A stretch of 61,963 nucleotides of DNA, the filler included, from Nitrospirae bacterium CG2_30_53_67 (GTDB lineage: Bacteria > CG2-30-53-67), in the NCBI GenBank assembly GCA_001873285.1. It is 6 parts of 6 records of this genome, joined end to end, with 100 filler letters (N's around TTAATTAATTAA, not from the genome) between each part and the next. Parts side by side here need not be neighbours in the genome. Positions count along the whole stretch, not along the records: positions 1 to 16,398 come from MNYV01000123.1; positions 16,499 to 32,738 come from MNYV01000168.1; 4 more parts are not named here. One strand, written 5' to 3'. Below, in pieces: positions 9,421 to 16,855 of the stretch. The first letter of the stretch is position 1. Each line of letters starts with the position of its first letter. The position numbers were made by a program, and so were the translations under genes. The notes beneath the pieces are model-generated. The model had not been told where the DNA came from. It saw only the letters and a program-made list of their open reading frames with translations, and made no database searches.

Positions 9421-9778
9421 AAAGCCCGGTCCTTTGGGCCGGGTCAGAGTTGAAAGGCTGTGCCGTGTTATTTCGTGGGAAAATTCGAAATTCGAAGCAC
9501 TAAATCCTAAACAAATTCGAATGACCGAAATCCAAAATTCAAGACTTATTTATCCAAATGTTGCATCATCACGTGTAGAATTGAAGCTTGCGAAATAGAT
9601 TCTCTCATGCACGATTTAGGTACAATATACAGATATAGACGAGGTTTTAAACATTTGAATTTTGAGTTTAGGATTTGTTTAGGATTTAGATTTTAGGATT
9701 TCGTATTTTCTACAAGACGCAAGGGAAACCCCTTCCAGGGGTAACACAAAGCTACGTCCTCTGGGCGTGGATGTTTAC
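9421..9778 (+). mobile_element. Putative IS200/IS605-derived non-autonomous element
   Basis: Two related hairpins in the same orientation at the ends: AAGCCCGGTCCTTTGGGCCGGG (9422-9443) and AAGCTACGTCCTCTGGGCGTGG-ATGTTTAC (9749-9778); no transposase ORF. Confidence 0.55.
9479..9710. repeat. Inverted arms of about 7-nt tandem repeats around a ~100-nt spacer
   Basis: Left arm AAATTCG AAATTCG AAGCACT AAATCCT AAAC AAATTCG AATGACCG AAATCC; right arm TTTGAATTTTGAGTTTAGGATTTGTTTAGGATTTAGATTTTAGGATTTCGTATTTTC. Confidence 0.8.
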
Positions 9779-9809
9779 TTGAACCCTTTAATCTATAGGA
9801 GAGGAAACT

Positions 9810-9983
9810 ATGCCACACAAGATTACCGATGAATGCATTCTCTGCGGCGCCTGTCTCCCTGAATGTCCCGAAGAGGCGATCTCCGAGGGGGATCCCAAGT
9901 ACATCATTGATCCGAAAAAATGCTCGGATTGCGGAAACTGCGCAGAGGTCTGCCCGACTGATGCCTGTGTTCCGGACGAATGA
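9810..9983 (+). CDS. fdx: 2[4Fe-4S] ferredoxin (57 aa)
   Basis: CILCGACLPECP...CSDCGNCAEVCP; AGGAGAGG RBS; below the ORF-track cutoff. Confidence 0.95.
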   Translation: MPHKITDECILCGACLPECPEEAISEGDPKYIIDPKKCSDCGNCAEVCPTDACVPDE

Positions 9984-9998
9984 GACATGTCAAAAGCT

Positions 9999-10038
9999 AA
10001 CCACAGAGTGCACAGAGAAATACTCTGTTCTCTGCGGT
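9999..10038. repeat. 9-nt-unit hairpin repeat
   Basis: AACCACAGAGTGCACAGAGAAATACTCTGTTCTCTGCGGT; near-identical to the reverse complement of 21986-22024. Confidence 0.8.
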
Positions 10039-10079
10039 CAGGTTCTGATCATACAAGAGGAAGAATAAGGAGAACGGCC

Positions 10080-10562
10080 ATGATACGAGGAGATGAGGAT
10101 ATTGCCGAAGGTCTTCTGAATGCCTTCCGGCTTGAAAAAGGGGCCCATGCGTTCTATGAGGCTGCATCCGAGCGCGTACAGGACAGGAGCGCCGTGGAGA
10201 TGTTCAGAAAGCTTGCCGACGTCGAAGAGAGGCATATGCACGACGTCTACGATCTCTATCATGCCTTTATCGGGGACCGCGGTCCGGTTCCTTTTCCGGA
10301 GTTCAAAGAAAAGATGCCTGCCGAATACACCGAGAGCGGCAAGACCATCGAGGCTGCGCTATCGGACGTGCAGGGCCGCTTCTTCATGGACGCGAAGGAG
10401 GTTCTGCGCGTGGCCCTGCAGGAGGAGAGTTCGGCCCTGGACCTCTACACCCGGATGGCGGAACGTTCCGAGGACCCCGGCACGGCCGCGCTCTACAGGC
10501 AGCTTAGCGGCGAGGAGGAGGAGCACAAAAGCATGATCGAGAAGACACTCAAGGGGCTTTAA
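10080..10562 (+). CDS. Ferritin-like (rubrerythrin-domain) protein
   Basis: EKGAHAFY..EERH and EESSALDLY..EEEH; AAGGAG RBS before ATG 10080. Confidence 0.88.
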   Translation: MIRGDEDIAEGLLNAFRLEKGAHAFYEAASERVQDRSAVEMFRKLADVEERHMHDVYDLYHAFIGDRGPVPFPEFKEKMPAEYTESGKTIEAALSDVQGRFFMDAKEVLRVALQEESSALDLYTRMAERSEDPGTAALYRQLSGEEEEHKSMIEKTLKGL

Positions 10563-10566
10563 TCAA

Positions 10567-10992
10567 GGATTATCTCCAAAAGAATGGGTGAGAACATAAG
10601 GGTCCAAGGGTTCAAGGGTTCCAGGGGTCAAGTGAAGTGCTTTTCAATACTTGAGGGTCCGAGGGGCCAAGGGTTCAAGGGGTCAAGTGAAGTGCTTTTC
10701 AATACTTGAGGGTCCGAGGGGCCAAGGGTTCAAGTGAAGTGCTAAAAATAACATAAGGGGCCGAGGGTTCTAGTGTTTTTCTCTGGAGATTTTACTTGAG
10801 TTTAAGTATTTCACTGGACCCCTTGACCCCAAGATACCTCAGTGTAGTAGCCGTCGCAGACGGTCCCGGCCCGGCAAGAATAGATTCAAGTAGATGCCGG
10901 GATCTAACGACAAAAATAGAGAAAAGCGGGGCACGCGAAGCGTAACCCTGGAATCCTCGAACCCTTTTACCCCACTATGTGGGAGAAGAACC
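10567..10992. mobile_element. 8-nt tandem-repeat element, two-armed (copy B), with internal 55-bp duplication and nested insert
   Basis: Left end TCTCCAAAAGAATGGGTGA, G-rich arm, core CTCTGGAGATTTTACTTG, C-rich arm, right end CCCAC..GTGGGAGAAGAACC. Confidence 0.8.
10831..10945 (+). mobile_element. Small element inserted into the 8-nt repeat (115-nt form)
   Basis: AAGATACCTC...CGAAGCGTAA; matches the reverse complement of 36109-36176 apart from 47 extra nt (10864-10910) and one substitution. Confidence 0.75.
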
Positions 10993-11001
10993 TTAATTAA
11001 A

Positions 11002-11613
11002 GTGAGACCATTGTATATCCTGGGGCTATCAGGAAGTCCGAGGCGCCATGCCAACTCCGAGACCCTTCTGGACCAGGTCCTGAGCGGGGCATCCGAGGCA
11101 GGCGCCGAAACCGGGAAGATCATCGCCTCGGGTTTCCAAAATCTTCGCCCCTGCGTGAACTGCGGAGATTGCCTGAAGACCGGCCGGTGCCGCGTCCAGG
11201 ATGAGATGCAGGAGATCTATCCCATGCTCGACCGGGCTGACGGACTGGTGGTGGCCTCTCCGATCTACTTCATGGGGGTCTCCGCCTTTCTGAAAATCAT
11301 CATCGACCGATGTCAATGCTACTGGTCACGCAAATATGTTCTCAAAGAGCCGCTCTTTCCCGAAGACCCCAAACGGATCCGCAAGGGGCTCTTTCTTGCA
11401 ACCGCCGGCCATGACAAACCCGTGGTCTTCCAGGGGGCCAGGATGACGGTTCGAGCCCTGTTTGATGTTCTGGATGTTTCTTACCTGGGCGAATATTTCG
11501 CAACACGCATGGAGAAGCCCAGGGATATTCTTGATGTGGAAGGGGCCATGAGTTCCGTCCACGACATGGGAAAGCGGCTGGTGGAGGAACTGAAAGGGCT
11601 GCCCCATGAATGA
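11002..11613 (+). CDS. Iron-sulfur flavoprotein / flavodoxin-like (NADPH-dependent FMN reductase family)
   Basis: GSPR..NS, CVNCGDC..C, ASPIYF. The ORF extension to 10894 is repeat DNA. Confidence 0.9.
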   Translation: MRPLYILGLSGSPRRHANSETLLDQVLSGASEAGAETGKIIASGFQNLRPCVNCGDCLKTGRCRVQDEMQEIYPMLDRADGLVVASPIYFMGVSAFLKIIIDRCQCYWSRKYVLKEPLFPEDPKRIRKGLFLATAGHDKPVVFQGARMTVRALFDVLDVSYLGEYFATRMEKPRDILDVEGAMSSVHDMGKRLVEELKGLPHE

Positions 11614-12166
11614 AGCGGACCGGATACGCTGGGACAAAAAGTACAATGACAAAGAGCCGCCTCAGGAGATCGCGCCCGATTCTTTCCTGGTCCGGAGCAT
11701 CAAGGGGATCCGGCCGGGCCGTGCCCTCGACCTCGGATGCGGTTTCGGAGACAATGCCATCACCCTGGCCGGTGCCGGCTTCGAGGTGACGGCCGTGGAT
11801 ATTTCCCAGGTCGGCCTGAAGCGTGCAGTGGAGCGGGCCCGGAAGGCCGGGGTCTCGGTCCTGTTTCAACAAAGCGATGCCGAGGACTTTGATTTCGGGG
11901 ATCAGGTCTATGATTTGATCACCTCTTTTTATTTTATGAACCGGGCCATCTTTCCCCGTATCAAGAAGTCGCTGAAACCCGGCGGAATCTTTCTCTACAA
12001 GACCTATACCGTGGACGAACTCCGTTACCGTCCCGAGCTGAACAGGGCCTATCTTCTGGAGCATGATGAGTTGAAGACCCTGTTCGAGGATTTTGAGATC
12101 CTGTTAAATGACGAGAGGGATACAGGAACAGAATGTTCGGTCCGCTTTTTAGCCAGGCGTCCATAA
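11606..12166 (+). CDS. Class I SAM methyltransferase (TehB-like)
   Basis: WDKKY, ALDLGCGFG, LKPGG. Confidence 0.88.
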   Translation: MNEADRIRWDKKYNDKEPPQEIAPDSFLVRSIKGIRPGRALDLGCGFGDNAITLAGAGFEVTAVDISQVGLKRAVERARKAGVSVLFQQSDAEDFDFGDQVYDLITSFYFMNRAIFPRIKKSLKPGGIFLYKTYTVDELRYRPELNRAYLLEHDELKTLFEDFEILLNDERDTGTECSVRFLARRP

Positions 12167-12257
12167 AAATCAAAAAACTCCCTCTCCATCGAGGGACTGT
12201 GTCACAATTATGGAGATTCAGTTCCTTTGGGGACAAGGTTTAGGGCAATCAATAAAT

Positions 12258-12410
12258 TTCCTCTCCCCGTGAATGGGGAGAGGGCAAGGGTGAGGGGTTG
12301 ACCGGAAAGAGCCCCCCTCATCCTCACCTTCTCCCCAAAAGGGAGAAGGAACATAAGGAAGAGATCAAGATTACGACACAGCCTCCGAGGGAGAGAGTGG
12401 GGGTGAGGGT
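12258..12410. repeat. REP-like palindromic cluster (CCCTCTCCC/GGGAGAGGG..GGGTGAGGG family)
   Basis: CCTCTCCCC..GGGGAGAGGGCAAGGGTGAGGGG and the inverted CCCCTCATCCTCACCTTCTCCC..GGGAGAAGG; related to 53106-53225 and 57030-57110. Confidence 0.75.
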
Positions 12411-12445
12411 GTCGGTTCACTCGATAGAGTAAAGAGGGCAAAAGA

Positions 12446-13864
12446 TTGATGGATTCCGGAGGCTCGATAAAGAAGACAAGAGTCGAGGAGGATTCCCTGG
12501 GAGAGAAGGCGGTCCCGTCCTCTGCGTACTACGGCATCCAGACGGCGCGGGCCCTGGAGAATTTTCCGGTGAGCGGCACGCGGGCCCATCCTCTTCTCGT
12601 CCGGGCCTATGTCCTGATCAAAAAGGCCGCGGCCCTGACCCATGAACAGCTTTCTTTACTGGAGCCTGCGATTGCACAGGCGATTGTGCAGGCCGCCGAC
12701 GAGGCGCTGAACGGGAAACTGGCGGACCAGTTCGTGGTGGATGTGTTCCAGGCCGGGGCAGGGACCTCCTTCAACATGAATGTGAACGAGGTGCTAACCA
12801 ACCGGGCGCTGGAAATCCTGGGGGACACCCGCGGGAACTACAAACGGGTCAGCCCCAATGACCATGTGAACCTCTCGCAGTCCACCAACGACACCTTCCC
12901 CACGGCCATGCATGTCGCCTCGCTTCTCATGCTGCGGGAGCTGCTTCCGGTTCTGGCGCGGCTCTCCCTGTCTCTGGAAGACAAGGGCAAAGAGTTCTCG
13001 GACGTGATCAAGTCCGGCAGGACCCATCTGCAGGATGCCGTCCCCGTGACCCTGGGGCAGGAGTTTTCGGCCTATGCCGTATGCATCCGCAAATCCATCA
13101 AGGCCCTCCAATCATGCCGGCCCTCGCTTGAAGAACTTCCCATCGGAGGGAGTGCGGCCGGTACCGGGCTGAATGTCCCCGCCGGATACCGCGAAGAGAT
13201 GGTTCGAAGGCTGAGCGAAATGACCGTTCTTTCCCTCCGGCCCGCGGCGGACCTGAGAGAGGCCATGCAGAGCCGGGCCGCGATCTCTGCGCTCTCCTCC
13301 ATGCTCCGGAATCTTTGCCTGGACCTGATCCGGATCGCGAATGACCTGCGCCTCCTGAGCTCCGGTCCACGCACCGGATTCGCCGAGATCAGCCTCCCGG
13401 CAGTTCAGCCCGGCTCCTCGATCATGCCCGGCAAGGTCAACCCGAGTCTGGCCGAGTGCCTGAACATGGTCTGTTTCCAGGTTATGGGCAATGATCTGGT
13501 CATCGCCATGGCCTCGCAGTCCGGACAGCTCGAACTCAACGTCATGATGCCCGTGATGATCCACAACCTTCTCCAGTCCATGGAGATCCTGAAGAACTTT
13601 GTCCCGGTCTTTGCCGAAAAATGCGTGGCCGGGATCACGGCCCACAGAGAACGCTGCCGGTCGTACTTTGAGAAAAGCCTGGGACTGGCCACGATCCTGA
13701 ACCCCCATATCGGATATCTCAACGCCTCACAACTGGCCAAGGAGTCGGAAGAGAAAGGTATCCCTATCCGGGATCTGATCCTGAAAAAAGGGCTTCTCTC
13801 TCCGGAGGAACTCGACCTGATTCTCGATCCCGACCGGATCACGGGCCAGGATCAATCAATTTAA
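12446..13864 (+). CDS. aspA: Aspartate ammonia-lyase (fumarase/aspartase family)
   Basis: GAGTSFNMN, STND, GRTHLQDA, GSSIMPGKVNP. Confidence 0.88.
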   Translation: MMDSGGSIKKTRVEEDSLGEKAVPSSAYYGIQTARALENFPVSGTRAHPLLVRAYVLIKKAAALTHEQLSLLEPAIAQAIVQAADEALNGKLADQFVVDVFQAGAGTSFNMNVNEVLTNRALEILGDTRGNYKRVSPNDHVNLSQSTNDTFPTAMHVASLLMLRELLPVLARLSLSLEDKGKEFSDVIKSGRTHLQDAVPVTLGQEFSAYAVCIRKSIKALQSCRPSLEELPIGGSAAGTGLNVPAGYREEMVRRLSEMTVLSLRPAADLREAMQSRAAISALSSMLRNLCLDLIRIANDLRLLSSGPRTGFAEISLPAVQPGSSIMPGKVNPSLAECLNMVCFQVMGNDLVIAMASQSGQLELNVMMPVMIHNLLQSMEILKNFVPVFAEKCVAGITAHRERCRSYFEKSLGLATILNPHIGYLNASQLAKESEEKGIPIRDLILKKGLLSPEELDLILDPDRITGQDQSI

Positions 13865-13880
13865 GATCTGTCTTTTCCCT

Positions 13881-13958
13881 TTGCTTTCGCATCCGTTCCC
13901 TCGTATAATCCCCGCAGTTAACTGACATTGGACGGCTTGTGCGGCACTCTCTGAATGA
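13881..13958 (+). promoter_or_regulatory. Repeated promoter/leader box P1
   Basis: TTGCTT-17-TATAAT; 13901-13958 matches 15560-15617 at 52/58 nt. Confidence 0.7.
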
Positions 13959-14053
13959 TTGCCTGCCCTGAGTGCAGCCGTCATCTTACAACAACATCGC
14001 GCCCCAGCCCGCATCAATCATCCCGAAAAATACGGCGCGCCTCAGGAGGAGAT

Positions 14054-14605
14054 ATGCCCATGGAAAAGAATCTTATCCCACAAGACGCCATTGAACAGAA
14101 AATCTTCTTGATACGAGGCCAGAAGGTCATGATCGACAGAGATCTTGCAGAGCTTTATGGGGTACTAACCAAGGTGCTCTTGCAGGCAGTCAAGCGGAAC
14201 CTCAGGCGCTTTCCGTCTGACTTTATGTTTCTTCTTACATTTCAAGAGTTTAAAAACTTGAGGTCACAAATTGTGACCTCAAGTTCATGGGGTGGTCGCC
14301 GCTACCATCCCTATGCCTTTACCGAACAAGGCGTGGCCATGCTCTCCAGCGTGTTAAATAGTGACCGGGCGATCGAAGTGAATATCCAGATCATACGGGC
14401 GTTTGTCAAACTACGGGAGATGATCGCGTCACACAAGGACTTGGCGAAAAAGCTCGACGAACTTGAGAAGAAGTACGACACCCAGTTCAGGGTTGTCTTT
14501 GATGCAATCAGAGAGTTGATGAAACCTCCGGCACCGCGTCGAAAGAAAATCGGCTTCCTCGCCAAAGAACCCAGACCCGAATACAAGGCGGCACGCCCCC
14601 GTTAG
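14054..14605 (+). CDS. ORF6N-domain DNA-binding protein
   Basis: [60 protein letters not shown]. Confidence 0.92.
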   Translation: MPMEKNLIPQDAIEQKIFLIRGQKVMIDRDLAELYGVLTKVLLQAVKRNLRRFPSDFMFLLTFQEFKNLRSQIVTSSSWGGRRYHPYAFTEQGVAMLSSVLNSDRAIEVNIQIIRAFVKLREMIASHKDLAKKLDELEKKYDTQFRVVFDAIRELMKPPAPRRKKIGFLAKEPRPEYKAARPR

Positions 14606-14690
14606 ACGCATGGCGCGTAACGGGGCTTAAATCCCCCTTTGGCAAAGGGGGATGCAGGGGGATTTTTGAATGCTGTCCTTCGTCCTCTGC
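14558..14690 (+). repeat. Tail repeat T1
   Basis: ORF6N 3' end plus CCCCGTTAGA..TAACGGGG and CCCCCTTT..AAAGGGGG hairpins; directly repeated at 15897-16023 and partly at 16108-16151. Confidence 0.85.
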
Positions 14691-14744
14691 TGGTTTCCCG
14701 CTGCTCCGTTCCCGGCGTTCCAAATATTTCCCCAAATATTTCCC

Positions 14745-14781
14745 TTGACAGAGTTATGCCAAAGGCATAAGATCTTATGCC
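14745..14781 (+). promoter_or_regulatory. sigma70 promoter with a triple-box operator upstream of the HTH-MNT gene
   Basis: TTGACA(14745)-17-TAAGAT(14768); TTATGCC-AAA-GGCATAA-GATC-TTATGCC. Confidence 0.7.
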
Positions 14782-14801
14782 TCACGTCCATGAGGTGCGT
14801 C

Positions 14802-15356
14802 GTGTTCTCCGAGAACCAATTGAGACTTCTTGCCTTACTTATGAGCCAGCCGGACAAGGAATATTACCTCAGTGAACTGGGGGAGATCCTCGGGAAGAGG
14901 CCCGGCATCTTTCAGCGCGGCATCAACTCTTTGGACGATCAGGGCATTGTGATCAGCAGGCGAAGAGGCAACCTCAGGCTCTTCACCATCAACCGTCAGC
15001 ATGCCTTGTACCCGGAGATCAAACGCATCGTGGAGAAGACGGTCGGCATAGAGGGGCTGTTGCGCAAGGTTGTCCAGGACCTGAAGGAGGTTACGATGGC
15101 CTTAATCTATGGCTCCTATGCCAGGGACGTCATGCGGACGGATTCGGATATCGATCTTGCCGTGGTCGGAAAGGCCGCTGTAGAAGCAAAACTCCTCAGG
15201 CAACTCAAAAAAGTTGAGAGAGCCATTGACCGGGAAGTCAACTTCAAGCTCTATACAAAAAAGGAATTTATCGAGCGAATGGAAAAAAGTGACCCTTTCC
15301 TGGCCGAGATCCTTTCAGACAAATACATTCTCCTCAAAGGAGACTTGAATGTTTGA
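14802..15356 (+). CDS. Winged-HTH plus minimal nucleotidyltransferase (MNT antitoxin-like)
   Basis: N-terminal HTH (YYLSELGEILG); YGSYAR..SDIDL; GAGGTG RBS before GTG 14802. Confidence 0.85.
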   Translation: MFSENQLRLLALLMSQPDKEYYLSELGEILGKRPGIFQRGINSLDDQGIVISRRRGNLRLFTINRQHALYPEIKRIVEKTVGIEGLLRKVVQDLKEVTMALIYGSYARDVMRTDSDIDLAVVGKAAVEAKLLRQLKKVERAIDREVNFKLYTKKEFIERMEKSDPFLAEILSDKYILLKGDLNV

Positions 15357-15510
15357 ACCCTACCTCAAGAAAGGTCTCCTCAAGAATTCGATTCAATCCA
15401 CGACCCAAACCGAAGCAAAGAATGCTTTCAAAATCGCAAAGGTCATCCTCAACAAGATTGAGGAAATTCTGTGCCGCGATAATCCCCAGTTGAGGTTAGA
15501 TGTGGATTAA
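15349..15510 (+). pseudogene. Probable internally deleted HEPN partner (53 codons)
   Basis: MFEPYLKKGLLK joined to TQTEAKNAFKIAKVILNKIEEIL..NPQL; start overlaps the MNT stop; no RxxxxH motif. Confidence 0.55.
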
Positions 15511-15539
15511 TGGACTCTTTCCGGCCTCCTGTTTTCTCC

Positions 15540-15617
15540 TTGCCTCCCTCCCCATTTCTTCGTATAATCCCCATAGTTACCTGACATCGGACGGCTTGTG
15601 CGACACTCTCTAAATGA
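15540..15617 (+). promoter_or_regulatory. Repeated promoter/leader box P2
   Basis: TTGCCT-17-TATAAT; homologous to P1. Confidence 0.7.
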
Positions 15618-15629
15618 GGAAGGCGATCC

Positions 15630-15809
15630 ATGCCAAGCGAGTTTTGCACAATATGCAAAAAGATTACAAACACGGTCGTAACCGTCATGCCGCGGATCAT
15701 CACCGGCCCGGACGGGAAGGTGGAAACGATTACGGTCAAGACGTATCATTGCGAATCCTGCCGATCATTTATGCGCAGTGAGGAGACAGGCCGGTGCATC
15801 GTGACATAA
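15630..15809 (+). CDS. Small zinc-ribbon protein (59 aa)
   Basis: MPSEFCTICKK...YHCESCRSF; GAGGAAGG RBS; below the ORF-track cutoff. Confidence 0.7.
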   Translation: MPSEFCTICKKITNTVVTVMPRIITGPDGKVETITVKTYHCESCRSFMRSEETGRCIVT

Positions 15810-15896
15810 AATTCATCAGGTGCACTGTGCCCTCTGTGGCAAGAGAAGCAGTTCGCTTTTTATGGAGTAAAAATCAAGAGGAAAGACTTGGTTCCT

Positions 15897-16023
15897 CTCG
15901 CCAAAGAACCCAAACCCGAGTACAAGGCGGCACGCTCCCGTTAGACGCATTGCGTGGGGCTTAAGTCCCCCTTTGACAAAGGGGGATGCAGGGGGATTTT
16001 TGAATGCTGTCCTTCGTCCTCTG
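15897..16023 (+). repeat. Tail repeat T2
   Basis: Direct repeat of 14558-14690. Confidence 0.85.
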
Positions 16024-16151
16024 TCCTCTGTTTTCGCTTGTTTTCACGCCCATTCTTTCGTATAATCCGCTCAGCCACCGGGTTCAAATCGGTACGCCCT
16101 GCCTTATTAGACGCATGGCGCGTAACAGGGCTTAAATCCCCCTTTGGCAAA

Positions 16152-16398
16152 CTGACCCTTACCCATAACCTGGGTTGCTGGACACAGGGGGGCTTTGAAG
16201 ATGTGGCGCATGAGTCCGGGTCAACAATTTCCACATGGCGGTGAGGTCGTCCAGACGTTGCAACCCCAACCAGAGACTTTGTGTGCCGGGCTCACCATCT
16301 CCCTTCCGGCCGAGAAAGCCGCCGAGCCGGGCCGCCATGCGCGTGGCCTCACGCAGCGTCGGCTCCGCCTCCGGAGGTCTCGGATCTTGAGTCATATA
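16152..16398 (-). mobile_element. IS4-family (IS50/Tn5-like) transposase 3' end and terminal IR, cut by the contig end
   Basis: ARLGGFLGRKGDGEPG..LWLGLQRL; terminus CTGACCCTTACCCA resembles the Tn5 end CTGACTCTTATACAC. Confidence 0.88.
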
Positions 16399-16498
16399 NN
16401 NNNNNNNNNNNNNNNNNNNNNNNNNNNNNNNNNNNNNNNNNNTTAATTAATTAANNNNNNNNNNNNNNNNNNNNNNNNNNNNNNNNNNNNNNNNNNNN
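16399..16498. other. Artificial contig linker
   Basis: N-run, TTAATTAATTAA, N-run. Confidence 0.98.
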
Positions 16499-16563
16499 TG
16501 TCAACATCGGGTTTAGCTATGGGTCTGCACAAAAAAGTTGGTACACATCAGGATTACATATGG

Positions 16564-16767
16564 TTGTCATGCCGGACCTGATCCGGCATCCACACCTTGG
16601 CGTCTGGATTCCACGATCGAGTCGTGGAATGACGCTACACAGCGGAAAGAGCGTGTCAACGATCCTAAATTCTCCGATCAAGCCTGCCCTCCGATCCCCC
16701 GATGAAGTCGGAGGACAGGCCCGATTGGGGGGCGGAGGGTAGGCTTGATCGAGGGTCGGGGAATGAC
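16564..16767. repeat. REP-like palindromes (GTCAT..GGAATGAC family) with nested CCTGCC..GGTAGG insert
   Basis: GTCATGCCGGACCTGATCCGGCATCCA..TGGATTCCACGATCGAGTCGTGGAATGAC; the second unit is interrupted at 16683-16743. Confidence 0.7.
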
Positions 16768-16824
16768 GCTCTTAGAGAAATGGTTACCCATAAATTTGTC
16801 GCACACACGAATCAGCGTTTATAT

Positions 16825-16852
16825 TTGACACATCCTTTAAAATATATATAAT
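16825..16852 (+). promoter_or_regulatory. sigma70 promoter of argS
   Basis: TTGACA-16-TATAAT. Confidence 0.6.
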
Positions 16853-16855
16853 AAT

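Noticed and set aside
10590..10760. Possible CRISPR array in the repeated blocks
   Set aside because: The intervening sequences are identical or made of 8-mer units rather than unique spacers, and no cas genes are present.
10894..11001. N-terminal ORF extensions into repeats (also 9987, 13955, 14670, 22664, 41702, 57408)
   Set aside because: They translate repeat or promoter DNA; better starts lie downstream.
14601..15946. GTTAGAC/GTTAGAT motifs resembling integron attC core sites (GTTRRRY)
   Set aside because: No matching upstream RYYYAAC with attC stem geometry and no intI. The GTTAGAC motifs are part of the CCCCGTTAGA hairpin family.
16443..16454. TTAATTAATTAA repeated five times in the window
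   Set aside because: Synthetic stop-codon linker within N-runs. Adjacency across these gaps is not biological evidence.
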